Positions 20,385 through 31,011 of a DNA stretch of 64,000 nt are shown here, one piece after another (within the stretch, counting starts at the first letter, position 1; each line of letters opens with the position of its first letter). The DNA is from a virus. Under the pieces are notes generated by a model that saw only the letters and a program-made list of their open reading frames with translations, had not been told where the DNA came from and made no database searches. The stretch spans positions 40,951-104,950 of the IMG/VR virus record IMGVR_UViG_3300002307_000034, one strand, 5' to 3'. The position numbers and the translations under genes are program-made.

Positions 20385-21833
20385 TTATAGGTCTTTGGTT
20401 CCGAGGAAGGATCCTTGCCAATCAAACTCCATATTTTTACGAAGTTTATTTTCCCTTGAGCTTTCTACTGCATCAAAGGACTTTTGTACCGCAGTATCAC
20501 TTTCATAAGCTCCGAGTCTCTTTTCTAGGGACTCAAAACGCTTAAAGAAATCAGCAATGTTATTTGTGATGTCTGTGAGTTCTTTCTTCATGCCTTCTAC
20601 GGCACTCATGTATTCGGCTTTTGCTGCCTCTACTGACTCTACTGACTTTTTAATTGCTTCTGATGATTCTGCAGAATTCTTATTTAGTGCTTCACTAAAG
20701 AGGTCACGCATATCAGTCAACATCTTTGCAAAAGGTTCTGTTGCCCCTGCGTTGGTGACGGACTTCTCTACGCTTTCTTCTGCTGGAGCATCTGCTGCTG
20801 GAGCATCTGCTGGAGTTGCATCTGTTGGTGCGTCTTCTGCTGAAGTATCTGTTGAAACTGCTTCTGCTGCTTCTACAACCTCTTCGGCTGTTTCTGTTAC
20901 CGCATCATTATTTGTTTCGTCTGCCATTTTATTACCTCCTTTACTGAGTGAAGCATCTGCATCACTCTTATTTATTTTTGTTCCATCATTGAACAAAACT
21001 TTTTTAGGATTTTGATCAGGGTATAAATTAATTGTAGAATTAGAATTTACAACTCCTGCATCTCCATCTTGTGTTGTTGCTGCATGATCTGGACCTGGAG
21101 CATCATCTTTTTTAAAATAATTGTCTACAATTTTTTGTATTGCAACACCTTTTTCAATAGATGAACTTTCAATCCAACCTATGTTTTCCATAGTTGCATT
21201 GCATATAACACAATCTTTATTTTCTGATTTTGTAGTTGATGCAATTTGATCATGCTTGCACCAAAATACATTTTCTATTTTTGTATCTGCAGCTAGACCT
21301 TTTACTATTGTACTTCCATCAATATTCTTTTGAATAGAGAAAATACTTGCTAGAGGGTTTGCTGGTGAGTCAACTAGTGACAATTCTTGTAAATCATATT
21401 CTTTAATTACTCTGCGATCTTCTTTGTCATCGCCAGGTTCCATAGATGCATGAACAATATTTCCACCAATTGAAAATCCAGTCATTGTTCCATCTAAAAC
21501 TTTTTCCCATGTATCTTGTGCACCTTTTGAAACATATGCTTGTACATAAATTCCTTTATAGGTTTTACCTGATTCTTTATCAAAATAATCTTCTGGGTGA
21601 AATGAAAGAACTTTGCCAACAGCAATTGGAGCATGCATTTCACGGAGGTTACCTCTAAAACGTGCAAATGCTCTTTCGCTTGCATCTGATGTTACAATGT
21701 CGCCATGACGATCAATGTTGTCTAATGTAGCGAATCCAGAAACAGTTCTTTTTTCCTTATCAACTTTTGAGATTGGAAAGGACATATTTAGATGCGAACT
21801 GCTATTGTTCCAGTGTACTTTTTGAATGTTCAT
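20385..21833 (-). CDS. Prohead protease with C-terminal acidic/coiled-coil scaffold region
   Basis: REMH, GFSIGG and ELSLVDSPANP protease motifs. Confidence 0.9.
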   Translation of the reverse strand: MNIQKVHWNNSSSHLNMSFPISKVDKEKRTVSGFATLDNIDRHGDIVTSDASERAFARFRGNLREMHAPIAVGKVLSFHPEDYFDKESGKTYKGIYVQAYVSKGAQDTWEKVLDGTMTGFSIGGNIVHASMEPGDDKEDRRVIKEYDLQELSLVDSPANPLASIFSIQKNIDGSTIVKGLAADTKIENVFWCKHDQIASTTKSENKDCVICNATMENIGWIESSSIEKGVAIQKIVDNYFKKDDAPGPDHAATTQDGDAGVVNSNSTINLYPDQNPKKVLFNDGTKINKSDADASLSKGGNKMADETNNDAVTETAEEVVEAAEAVSTDTSAEDAPTDATPADAPAADAPAEESVEKSVTNAGATEPFAKMLTDMRDLFSEALNKNSAESSEAIKKSVESVEAAKAEYMSAVEGMKKELTDITNNIADFFKRFESLEKRLGAYESDTAVQKSFDAVESSRENKLRKNMEFDWQGSFLGTKDL

Positions 21834-21885
21834 TCTATGTTAAATAATATCAACGTTTGCTATAAAGGCAAAATATTATGATATA

Positions 21886-23466
21886 CTATTTTACTTTTCT
21901 ACCTTCCCCTTTTCGGGCTCTGCCACTAACTGCTTCTTCTGGGGCAGCATTTCTTGTTTTATCTCTACTTCTAGATTGCATAGTTTGAGCTTTTATTTCT
22001 GCTGCGTCCCCTGCTGGATCAAAAACTTCATCTCCAGAATCTATAGGGTTAAGGCCCATTCTCATTCTTATTTCATTAGGTTTTACGACCTGAGTGGTTA
22101 GATAAATTTGATCAATTTGTGCTTGTGACAATTCATCAGTAAGAGTAAGTTCTTCAAATTTGAATGAAAACATGTCTGTAAATTCTTTGATAATTTTATT
22201 AATTTGAATTTCAAGAGAATCTTGAGCTGGACGAGTAACCTGCTCTTTAAAGATTTTATCATCTAATGGGCTAGGTGTTCCATGGCCTATTTTAGATAAT
22301 GGAGTTCTATGTGCAATTAAAATACGATCTCTATTTTCTATTGCATAATTTTGGAAAGAAGATTCTTGTTGTCCCGCCTCAACTGGCTTCATATCAAATT
22401 CTACACGAGAATTTTCTCCATCTGCTGGAAGTGGAATATAAAGAGTTCTGTGATTCTTGCCTTTTAAGCCGATCTGGAAAAATTCAAGAAGTTTACGTTC
22501 TGCATCAGCATTTAAACGAGCACCTTTAACTGTAATAATATATCTAGGCACTGCTTTATTCTCAAAATAATCCAAGTTATATCGTGAAGCAAATTCATCA
22601 CCAGCAACTGCATTCTTTGCGGATAAAATATCTGGAACTCCATAATATGTATTTGTTGGAGTATATTTTTTAAAATGAATAACTTCATTTGGACGAGGAT
22701 CTGTGCCTATTTGGTCCTGTGTGGTCTTATCGCCAAAGTTTCTAAAATATGTATATCGGTTGTATACAACCTGTACAAAACCGTCTCTATGGCGTCTTAT
22801 ACGCATTGTAATGGCAGGTATATGACCTATGTATCCAATTTCGCCAGAAGATGTTCTTCCAATTTCAAGATATCCATTTCCAGTTACCTCTAAATCTTTA
22901 TAAATTTTTTTTATAATTTCTTCAAAAGAATCATCTGAATTAAGACTTTCTATCTTATCAGTCATTAATACTTTTGCACGTGAAATCTTTCTACGTAATC
23001 TTTCTAATGATACGTTATCTTCAGATGCATCTTCTAATTTATCTAAAACTTTTTGTGTTTCTTGAAATTTATACCCCAGCCCGACGGTATTTGAAACTTT
23101 TGCATCAACTGCTGCGTGATGATATGGAGATACATCATAAAGTTGTGCTAAATATAAAACATTGTATGGTGGTTGAACAATTTGAAATAATGAATATCCA
23201 GTAAGATCAAGTGGATCAAGTTTTTTAGATTTTGCATCATCTAAACCTGTATATGCTTTTTGCAATTTTCTAGTTGCATTACGTTTAAAATTAGAATTTA
23301 AATTTTCAATTTTTAATAGATCTTCTGCTTTACCAAGAAATGGGTCATCAAAATCTGTTTCTTGTAATTCTCTTGGAACTGTGCCTAGAGAAGCACCACT
23401 AATCATAACTTCTTCAGAAGAAAAATCATCATTATCATCAGCTATGCCTGCACTATGCTTTATCAT
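21886..23466 (-). CDS. Portal protein
   Basis: TGNGYLEI, EVIHFK, YYGVP, YFENKAVP and PNEIR motifs. Confidence 0.92.
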   Translation of the reverse strand: MIKHSAGIADDNDDFSSEEVMISGASLGTVPRELQETDFDDPFLGKAEDLLKIENLNSNFKRNATRKLQKAYTGLDDAKSKKLDPLDLTGYSLFQIVQPPYNVLYLAQLYDVSPYHHAAVDAKVSNTVGLGYKFQETQKVLDKLEDASEDNVSLERLRRKISRAKVLMTDKIESLNSDDSFEEIIKKIYKDLEVTGNGYLEIGRTSSGEIGYIGHIPAITMRIRRHRDGFVQVVYNRYTYFRNFGDKTTQDQIGTDPRPNEVIHFKKYTPTNTYYGVPDILSAKNAVAGDEFASRYNLDYFENKAVPRYIITVKGARLNADAERKLLEFFQIGLKGKNHRTLYIPLPADGENSRVEFDMKPVEAGQQESSFQNYAIENRDRILIAHRTPLSKIGHGTPSPLDDKIFKEQVTRPAQDSLEIQINKIIKEFTDMFSFKFEELTLTDELSQAQIDQIYLTTQVVKPNEIRMRMGLNPIDSGDEVFDPAGDAAEIKAQTMQSRSRDKTRNAAPEEAVSGRARKGEGRKVK

Positions 23467-23798
23467 ATAATACCCATTTTCTTTTGCTGCTCTAATTCTT
23501 CTTTAAGAGCTGGCAAATCTTTTTCATCTGGGACTAGGCCCCACTCAAGTCTTTGTTTTTGACTTTCATATTCTTCATCACTTACCGGACGTGAACCAGA
23601 AAACCATGCGGGCTGACCTTCTTCAATACCATAATCTTTTGCAAATTTTCTAAGATTAGCAATTTTTTTAACATCGCCTTTGATTGCAAATATACACATA
23701 TAGTTACCATCCTCATCAGTCACTAAACTGCCATCGGGCATCTGCCAGATATATGTGCCGTAAGGAACCTCTTCTACTTGCGTACTCTTCATTTTCAT
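23463..23798 (-). CDS. Hypothetical protein upstream of portal, probably leaderless
   Basis: TGGTAAAAT ends 6 nt before the ATG. Confidence 0.6.
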   Translation of the reverse strand: MKMKSTQVEEVPYGTYIWQMPDGSLVTDEDGNYMCIFAIKGDVKKIANLRKFAKDYGIEEGQPAWFSGSRPVSDEEYESQKQRLEWGLVPDEKDLPALKEELEQQKKMGII

Positions 23799-23845
23799 AC
23801 TAGTATTTTACCATTCTTGATTATTTGAACATAACTTTTGTGCAA

Positions 23846-26683
23846 TTATGAACCAATTTTATGAACAATTGGCATTGTATTGCGATAATCTAATAAAAGC
23901 GGGTTAAGCAAAGAATTCATAGAATTATCATTAGCTGCTACGGCTAAGGAGTTCTGAGTGAATAAATTGTATCTATTAATTGCATCTTGTTGAGATACCG
24001 CATTTTCCCAAATATTAATAAATCCATATGAGCTTTCTGAGCCTATGTGCGTTTCGTCCCCGTTTACATCAATACCACCTGTAAATACACCATTTAAAAT
24101 TACAAATATATGAACTGGCGTATTTGCTGTAAAACTAAATCTAGCTACCTGATCAGCTACAGTTGAAGCCGTCAAAGAATTAGAAACATATAAACCATTT
24201 ATATATACTGATGATATTCCTTCATTATATTGAAGAGATCCATCAGAACCTATTTCTAAATCTGGATATCCTGGTATTGATGAATCTGCTGTAATAATTT
24301 TTGTTCCGACAAAATTTGTATCTGGTCTATACCAAAAATCTATAGCAGCTATATTTTTAGAATATAAATTAGTTATTTCAGCGTATCCCGGAACACCCAT
24401 ATCTTGCATACTATAACTAAAAAGAAGACCTAAGTTTTGAGATCTTGATTGTATTGGCTTACTATATCCTTTAATCGTACCGGATGTGTTATAAATACTT
24501 CTAGAATCTGGAACAAGAAGAAATGATTCTCCTTCTGAATAAAAATTCATATTTTTATATAAACCAACCTCTAAATTATTAAATGATTGATTTAAATCTT
24601 GTACATCATACTTAGTAATAATAGTTGTTCTAATTAACATAGTGCTTAATTTTTTAGAAAAATCGTAACCACATATAACTCCGCCTTTTCTAGAAAATGA
24701 CATCCAATTATCTTCTTGGTGAGCAGAAGTTTGATCTGGAAAAGAATATTCAACTAAACAGTTATTTGTTGAATTCCATTTAATTTTTGAACCAACAATT
24801 GAATCCATAGCAGATAAAGGTATTGATGTGGTCCAATGGCCCATTTGATAAACTGGAAACGATTTAACTACATCTACTGGGTTATAAGGATCTGAGTAAT
24901 ATTGCAAAGGAACGCTATACTTAATAATACCAACCCAAGGATAGCCTTCGGGATAATGGTATCCATTTATATATTGATTTGTAAAATCTGTAATATACAA
25001 ATCAGATATATTTAAATAAGAAAATATTGTTTTATTAACAGTCATAGAATTTAAATTATTGTCGTTATGATAACTTTGTCCCATAGTCAATATGCTATTA
25101 TTAGAAAAAGTAAAAGTCTTTTGATAAGGTAAACTTTGAGATGTAACATCAGAAATAGAATTTTGTTTTTCTAAAGCAGCGTCTATTACAGTTAAAACTA
25201 CTGAATTATTTGCAAAAGATAAAGCTAATTTTTGATATATTGTTTTGTATGTTGGAGTAACAGAACATAATGTTGTTATGGTTCCCCCATTACTTACATC
25301 GTAAAACTTTAAATTATAACTTTTATTTGTACGATCAACAAATAAAGTTGAAGAACCATTAACATTGTTTATGGAAAGAATATATTCATCTCCATATCCC
25401 GTCATCGGTTCAAGTAGTAAACTTATTGTGCATGGCATTGAAGATATTTTACCAAAATCTGAAAAATCTAATGCTGCCTTTCCATTGCTCCAATATATTC
25501 CAGACCTATCGTCTGGGGATTGCAATATACTTGTTTTATCAATATTATTAAATGTAACACGATTTATTTTTTGTGGTTCCAGGCCTTTAGATGTTATATT
25601 TAAATTATATATATTAGTATAATCTTTAAATCCTTCTCCTCTAAAAACTTTTCCATATTGAAAATTTTGTGGAGATTCTTCAAGTGGGAATAAATGCGTT
25701 CCATATTGAACTGAAGATTTAACTGGTTTATTGTCATATACTCCCCATTTAATATGGTTAGTTAACTGTTGACTGGTAAGCAAATAATCATAAAAAGCAA
25801 GATTTGATAATAAGAAGTATTGTCCATCTTGTAAAGAATATTTAGTTGGAGGAGTTGTTGAAAAATCATTATACGATCCAGCTACTCTAAATATAAGATT
25901 TTGATAGTTATTTGAAATGTTTGTATCTTGAAATAAACCATTTCCAACATATGCAGAAATTCCAGACTGTCCATTTACAGAAACGTTAATTGTTTTATTT
26001 GAATATGTTGCATAAATATGTAATGGAGAATCTAAATCTGTAACGACACAATATGATTTTGCATATCCTCCAGATGCTTGTGGAACATAAAATTCAATAC
26101 AGTTAGTTTGTTGATTATAAAGAATAGATGCATAATTATAAAAATACTGACTTCCGCTTACTGTTGTATAATATCCAATTGATAATAGGTATATTTTTGG
26201 ATATGTTGCAATACTTGTTCTAAATCCTATATCATTTCTAAAATCATTTGTAGAAAAGCTATCATAAGTAGTAAGATCTAATGCTTGTCCATCCATCCAA
26301 TCAAATGAAGTCCAAAATTCTGTGGACCATGTATGCGGGTTTGATGAAGGTACAAATACGTCATAAATGTTTTTAATTTCTATAAATGAATCTTTAGTTA
26401 TTTTTGCAGAAGTTTTGTTACCCATAACTATTGGACTTGAATAACTTAATCCTACAAGTGAAGGGTTATTGTTATAAGATGTAGCATCAACTACTTTTAG
26501 CGTATTAAGATATGAATATGTAAATCCAGCATATGTGTCATAAAGATTACCATTGGTATGATCATTACCTTTAGTTCCGCCATATGTGGTAAAACCATTT
26601 TTTAAATTATAATATGTATAATCAGAGTCAATTGAAAAATAACCTAATGGGTTATCCCTGTTTACAGCATAAAGATAGGACAT
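23846..26683 (-). CDS. Large structural protein with LamG/concanavalin-like domains
   Basis: DNPLGYF start, WSTEFW, HIYATY, LAFYDYLLT...H patterns. Confidence 0.6.
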   Translation of the reverse strand: MSYLYAVNRDNPLGYFSIDSDYTYYNLKNGFTTYGGTKGNDHTNGNLYDTYAGFTYSYLNTLKVVDATSYNNNPSLVGLSYSSPIVMGNKTSAKITKDSFIEIKNIYDVFVPSSNPHTWSTEFWTSFDWMDGQALDLTTYDSFSTNDFRNDIGFRTSIATYPKIYLLSIGYYTTVSGSQYFYNYASILYNQQTNCIEFYVPQASGGYAKSYCVVTDLDSPLHIYATYSNKTINVSVNGQSGISAYVGNGLFQDTNISNNYQNLIFRVAGSYNDFSTTPPTKYSLQDGQYFLLSNLAFYDYLLTSQQLTNHIKWGVYDNKPVKSSVQYGTHLFPLEESPQNFQYGKVFRGEGFKDYTNIYNLNITSKGLEPQKINRVTFNNIDKTSILQSPDDRSGIYWSNGKAALDFSDFGKISSMPCTISLLLEPMTGYGDEYILSINNVNGSSTLFVDRTNKSYNLKFYDVSNGGTITTLCSVTPTYKTIYQKLALSFANNSVVLTVIDAALEKQNSISDVTSQSLPYQKTFTFSNNSILTMGQSYHNDNNLNSMTVNKTIFSYLNISDLYITDFTNQYINGYHYPEGYPWVGIIKYSVPLQYYSDPYNPVDVVKSFPVYQMGHWTTSIPLSAMDSIVGSKIKWNSTNNCLVEYSFPDQTSAHQEDNWMSFSRKGGVICGYDFSKKLSTMLIRTTIITKYDVQDLNQSFNNLEVGLYKNMNFYSEGESFLLVPDSRSIYNTSGTIKGYSKPIQSRSQNLGLLFSYSMQDMGVPGYAEITNLYSKNIAAIDFWYRPDTNFVGTKIITADSSIPGYPDLEIGSDGSLQYNEGISSVYINGLYVSNSLTASTVADQVARFSFTANTPVHIFVILNGVFTGGIDVNGDETHIGSESSYGFINIWENAVSQQDAINRYNLFTQNSLAVAANDNSMNSLLNPLLLDYRNTMPIVHKIGS

Positions 26684-26697
26684 TAGTTAGCCTCCAA

Positions 26698-27414
26698 TTA
26701 TTGTGCAAGTCTTGAAAGTCTCCATGTCACTGCATTTGTTTCTGCATCTGAAACAGTAACTTGTAGTAAACAGTTAGATCCTGAAGATACTGCTGAAACA
26801 TAAACATCAGCCATAGCATTTCCTAATTCTGTAACACCATATTCTTCAGAAACAACATTTGTTCCATCTGTTGCAACTCTAATTGTTGAAACACGAATAT
26901 TTGAACCTTGTTTCATATTTAATAAATATTCAATTCCTATAAAAGTACTTGTAGCAATTGTATCAATTGATGTAGCTGATCCTGATCCTATTGTTCCAGA
27001 TGTTTGAGTATATCCAGTTCCTGTTCCGTTACCAGCACCAGTCGTTGGACTTTGCCATACAGGAACTCCTCCAGAAACTGCAAGAACATAACCATTTGAT
27101 CCAATACCCAATCTAGTTGCAGTTGCAACGGCTGAACCATTTGCACTAGAATAAATTATGTCGCCTTTATTTGTCATTGGCACAGCTAAAGCTGTCTGTG
27201 CATCAGTATAATTTTTAGTTGCAGCATGTGAAGATGCTGTAGGTTCGCCAATTGTAATCTTACCGTTAGTTTCTCTATACACAAGAGTATTTGCTGTAGC
27301 TGTAGATGTTGACTTAGTGTCAATTGTATTAGCTAAGTTATATATGTCGGACGGTACGTCAACTGGATCAGTTGACAATGGATATGGAAACCCTTTACTG
27401 GTTGATGAGCTCAT
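26698..27414 (-). CDS. Fibre/appendage protein
   Basis: HAATKNYTD, TNKGDII and RLGIGSNGYVL fibre motifs. Confidence 0.6.
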   Translation of the reverse strand: MSSSTSKGFPYPLSTDPVDVPSDIYNLANTIDTKSTSTATANTLVYRETNGKITIGEPTASSHAATKNYTDAQTALAVPMTNKGDIIYSSANGSAVATATRLGIGSNGYVLAVSGGVPVWQSPTTGAGNGTGTGYTQTSGTIGSGSATSIDTIATSTFIGIEYLLNMKQGSNIRVSTIRVATDGTNVVSEEYGVTELGNAMADVYVSAVSSGSNCLLQVTVSDAETNAVTWRLSRLAQ

Positions 27415-27454
27415 AGTTTATATTATAGCAAATAATACGCTTTTTGCGTATATG

Positions 27455-27784
27455 CTACTCTCTACCCCATTTAATCTTGTTCCAAGCACGTTCGTGTGCG
27501 TAATAAAGAACGATCTTAATTACAAGTTCAATACCAGAAGCAACAAACGCTAACTTACCATTATGGGTTAACTCATAAATAATAATAAAAGAGATTAAGT
27601 TACCAAAGAATCTCCAACTAATGGCTTTTAATAAAGAACGACCATGTGATACCCACATAATTGGTTTACGAGGGGTTTGATCAGAATAAAGTCTATCTTC
27701 TGCATCAGCAATTCCTTGTCCAAGATTTGCCAATATATTAAATACCCATTTGCTTGCGTTTTTCAGTTGCTGAAATAGCTTCAA
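27455..27784 (-). CDS. DUF2061-like small membrane protein
   Basis: RSLLKAISWR ... LYYAHERAWNKIKWG signature. Confidence 0.75.
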   Translation of the reverse strand: MKLFQQLKNASKWVFNILANLGQGIADAEDRLYSDQTPRKPIMWVSHGRSLLKAISWRFFGNLISFIIIYELTHNGKLAFVASGIELVIKIVLYYAHERAWNKIKWGRE

Positions 27785-28496
27785 TGTCTGCTCCTAACGA
27801 TACTTGTTCAATTTTATATCCTACATCCCGCCCATATACAATATTTGTAATATTTGGCATTTTAACTATCATTGCATTTTTCATAAATTCATCTTGAGCA
27901 ATATAACCTTTAACTTGATCAAATGTTAGTGGATCTTTAGGACTTGTATTGTATGTATTTCTAACACCAAGCATTACTTGACTTGTTCGCTTACCTGCTT
28001 CTTCATATAAGGCATGATGACCTTCATGCCAAGGTTGGTAACGTCCAAGCATTAAAGTTGTTGGTTCTGACCAATCGTGTAAATTAAATTTTTGAATAAT
28101 ATATGTTGCCTTTTGATATTCATCCATCTCATGTGAATTAAACATGACATCAAAAAATTCTGGTTTTTCAAATATTCTATTTGTATTTTCAAAACGCCCT
28201 TCAGATATAGTGTTCATCCAAATAATTATATCTGCTTTACCAAAAGCTTTTCTAGTCTCTTCGGTTGGGCATACAAAATCAGCAATAACAATTTGATTTT
28301 GATTATGAAGCAATCTTGATAAAGCACCCATTCTGCGACCTTGCTCTATTCTATCTTCTACAGTAAAACCCAAATCTTTATTTAAATCAGATCTAACTTC
28401 GTCTGCATTTAAAAGTGTTCCGTTTACTCTGTCTGCAAGGACGGTAGCAATAGTTGTCTTTCCACTACCTGGCAAACCTATAATTTGTATAATCAT
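27738..28496 (-). CDS. cysC: Adenylylsulfate kinase fused to a HIGH-motif nucleotidyltransferase domain
   Basis: GLPGSGKTT, ADEVR, DLGFTVEDR and FEKPE (APS kinase); C-terminal GRYQPWHEGH. Confidence 0.8.
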   Translation of the reverse strand: MIIQIIGLPGSGKTTIATVLADRVNGTLLNADEVRSDLNKDLGFTVEDRIEQGRRMGALSRLLHNQNQIVIADFVCPTEETRKAFGKADIIIWMNTISEGRFENTNRIFEKPEFFDVMFNSHEMDEYQKATYIIQKFNLHDWSEPTTLMLGRYQPWHEGHHALYEEAGKRTSQVMLGVRNTYNTSPKDPLTFDQVKGYIAQDEFMKNAMIVKMPNITNIVYGRDVGYKIEQVSLGADIEAISATEKRKQMGI

Positions 28497-28499
28497 TTA

Positions 28500-29177
28500 T
28501 TATCCATTCCAAAACAACTCTTTATTATTATATATTTCTAAATCTTTTTGATTTAAACTTTCAATAAATTTTATTTCTTTTTTACTTAACATTTTATACA
28601 ATATTTTAGATGAATCATTTATGTTATGATCATTTAATATGTATTGACTTTTATTATACACCTTTTTTAATGATAAGTCTTTGTGTATTTTATATTTAAG
28701 TTTTTCACATTTAACATTTGTTAAACTATCATTTCTTATTAAAATATTTATTCTTTTTAACCTATCAATAAGTAATTTATCATTGATTTTTATTGTATTA
28801 AATTCTGGAGTATCTTTTATATCTAAAGTTGGGCCGAGTGGGGCGGAGTCGTATAAAAAACTTTTTGATTGAAAATTAGATATATATGTATTATTTTTTT
28901 CTAACCATTTCATCATGTTTAAAACATTAATTTCTAAATTATTATTAAAATGTTTATGATTCCAAGCATAGTGACTTACAGTTCTTTCAATTGGATTTCT
29001 GATACTGGATATTACATATGTTTTATCATCAACCTTTGACCAATAAGCGTGTTGATCTTGTTTTATTTTTATTTTAGCATCTTTTAATCCAGGTGTTAAA
29101 TAATCTATAATTTCAGATCTAATGAAATGACCAGCTGTTTTAGGTATATGTAAAAAATAAAAACTTTCATAAATCAT
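28500..29177 (-). CDS. Sulfotransferase (Sulfotransfer_2-like)
   Basis: FLHIPKTAG (5'-PSB) and IRNPIERTVSHY (3'-PB). Confidence 0.8.
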   Translation of the reverse strand: MIYESFYFLHIPKTAGHFIRSEIIDYLTPGLKDAKIKIKQDQHAYWSKVDDKTYVISSIRNPIERTVSHYAWNHKHFNNNLEINVLNMMKWLEKNNTYISNFQSKSFLYDSAPLGPTLDIKDTPEFNTIKINDKLLIDRLKRINILIRNDSLTNVKCEKLKYKIHKDLSLKKVYNKSQYILNDHNINDSSKILYKMLSKKEIKFIESLNQKDLEIYNNKELFWNG

Positions 29178-29862
29178 TTAAATCAATTACCATTTTTTCT
29201 TGTTCCTGCCATCCTATGTAATCTTTATTCCAATTTAAACTTGCAGTTAAATGAATAAATGCATCATTATAATATGATGCTTTATTATTTCCTAAATATT
29301 TTATACTATCTACTGAATATATTTTTATATCATTTTTTTTATTATTATCTAAATAATTATTAATTCCTTTAGTCCAGGCCATCACTCCAGTAATTCTATC
29401 AACAAATCTTATATCTTTATAATTTGGTTCTTTAAAATTATCTTCTACGCAATCAATAACACTTTTAAGAAGTTTATGTTTTGGCTTTGATGCAAATGAT
29501 ATTTGATTATAAAAATAATCGTCATCGTCTTTCGAAATAATTAAATTATAGCCAGGTACGACCCACTCTTCAATTTTTTTATTACAAATTGTATCTATAT
29601 CTACATAAACACCTCCATACGTATAAACAATTAAATACCTCCAAATATCACTTTTCATAACTCCAACTGGACAACTATCAAATATGTTTAACCATTTTTT
29701 ACCAAATTCACGAAAAATAAAAAATCTTATTTGTTCATCATCCATATAAATATAATTATATTCTGGATTTAAATATTGCCAAGTTTGAGTTTTTTCTTTA
29801 ATATACGTTGGCAATTTTTCAAAAGGATCTTTATAAGTTTGCCATATTATTTTAGGAATCAT
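29167..29862 (-). CDS. Glycosyltransferase, DXD/OCH1-like (GT32-type)
   Basis: IPKIIWQT, SDIWRY, YGGVYVDID. Confidence 0.9.
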   Translation of the reverse strand: MIPKIIWQTYKDPFEKLPTYIKEKTQTWQYLNPEYNYIYMDDEQIRFFIFREFGKKWLNIFDSCPVGVMKSDIWRYLIVYTYGGVYVDIDTICNKKIEEWVVPGYNLIISKDDDDYFYNQISFASKPKHKLLKSVIDCVEDNFKEPNYKDIRFVDRITGVMAWTKGINNYLDNNKKNDIKIYSVDSIKYLGNNKASYYNDAFIHLTASLNWNKDYIGWQEQEKMVIDLNDL

Positions 29863-30512
29863 ATAGATTTTTCTAAAATTTCATAATCGTCTTTAAAATG
29901 ATTTTCTATTAAAGATTGCGTGTATTTGCTTAAAATAATGCCTTCGTCTTTAAAAGTTTTCATTGTTATAGGAAGTTTTATATTTTTATCAAAACCAATT
30001 TTTTCTAAAATTATAGGCCATGTTTTTTGAATATTTTTAATATTATACAAATCTATTGTTTTATCATAATTAAGTCTTTTTATTTGTGGATTTACTGGTT
30101 CTATATTCATAAATAAAATATCTTGTATAAAACCGTCTAGCCCTTTATTTATTAGATGAGAATATGATTCTTTTTCTATATCATTTGCTGATTTTTTTGT
30201 ATAATAATAAAAAGAAATCATTAATTCTTTTGGATCACGAATTGTAGAAAATTTATAAAAGTTATTCCACTTTTCATTACCAATTAATTTTTTTATTTTT
30301 TCTGCTGATGAATGTTTAGATAATCCTTTTTCTTGAATATTTTTCCAACCAAAATATTTAGCGTATAAATTTTCTAATTCCATGCCGAAAGACAAGCCTC
30401 CAAAAATATAATCATCCCATTCTAAATATGGAGTTAAGGCTTCTTCTATAGAAGTTCCTCCAGTTTTATGTAAATGTATATATATAAATTTTTTAGAATT
30501 ACTAATTATCAT
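29859..30512 (-). CDS. Sulfotransferase (Sulfotransfer_2-like)
   Basis: FIYIHLHKTGGTSIE and IRDPKELMISFYYY. Confidence 0.8.
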   Translation of the reverse strand: MIISNSKKFIYIHLHKTGGTSIEEALTPYLEWDDYIFGGLSFGMELENLYAKYFGWKNIQEKGLSKHSSAEKIKKLIGNEKWNNFYKFSTIRDPKELMISFYYYTKKSANDIEKESYSHLINKGLDGFIQDILFMNIEPVNPQIKRLNYDKTIDLYNIKNIQKTWPIILEKIGFDKNIKLPITMKTFKDEGIILSKYTQSLIENHFKDDYEILEKSI

Positions 30513-31011
30513 TTTTTTCCTTAATTTTTAAAAGCAAATAATCTGCATTTGCTTTTATATGTTTAAATTTACCCTGTTCAAATTCAAAATCTTTTCTTTT
30601 TTTCATAAATGGACAAAATATTCTTGCTTGTTTCATACATTCAATATGAAAAGGCATTATATCTGAAAACACTCTGGGACCTTTTTCATCATTTATTAAT
30701 CCATCTTTATAACATCTTCCGTCTTCTGTTTTTTCTGAATTCCAACTTATGCAAATTTCTTCTGGTAAAAAAGATAAACCACAATAACCGCAAATATTAT
30801 CTGGTTTTACCTTTTTTTCATTTTTTGTTATAACATTAAACATAGCATTATTTTTTAATATAGGTTTTGATTGCCATGGAATTGGAATATTTTTATTTAT
30901 AAAATAATCTGCTTCTTTTCTAAATTTTTCTGGAACATGAACCATAGGTCTTGGTAAACCTAAAATTTCATCTTGTTCATCCCAATTTGAAAAATCTTTA
31001 ATTATTTTCAT
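30502..31011 (-). CDS. Hypothetical Cys/His protein
   Basis: CGYC and HIEC...CPF; possible Zn site. Confidence 0.55.
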   Translation of the reverse strand: MKIIKDFSNWDEQDEILGLPRPMVHVPEKFRKEADYFINKNIPIPWQSKPILKNNAMFNVITKNEKKVKPDNICGYCGLSFLPEEICISWNSEKTEDGRCYKDGLINDEKGPRVFSDIMPFHIECMKQARIFCPFMKKRKDFEFEQGKFKHIKANADYLLLKIKEKNDN

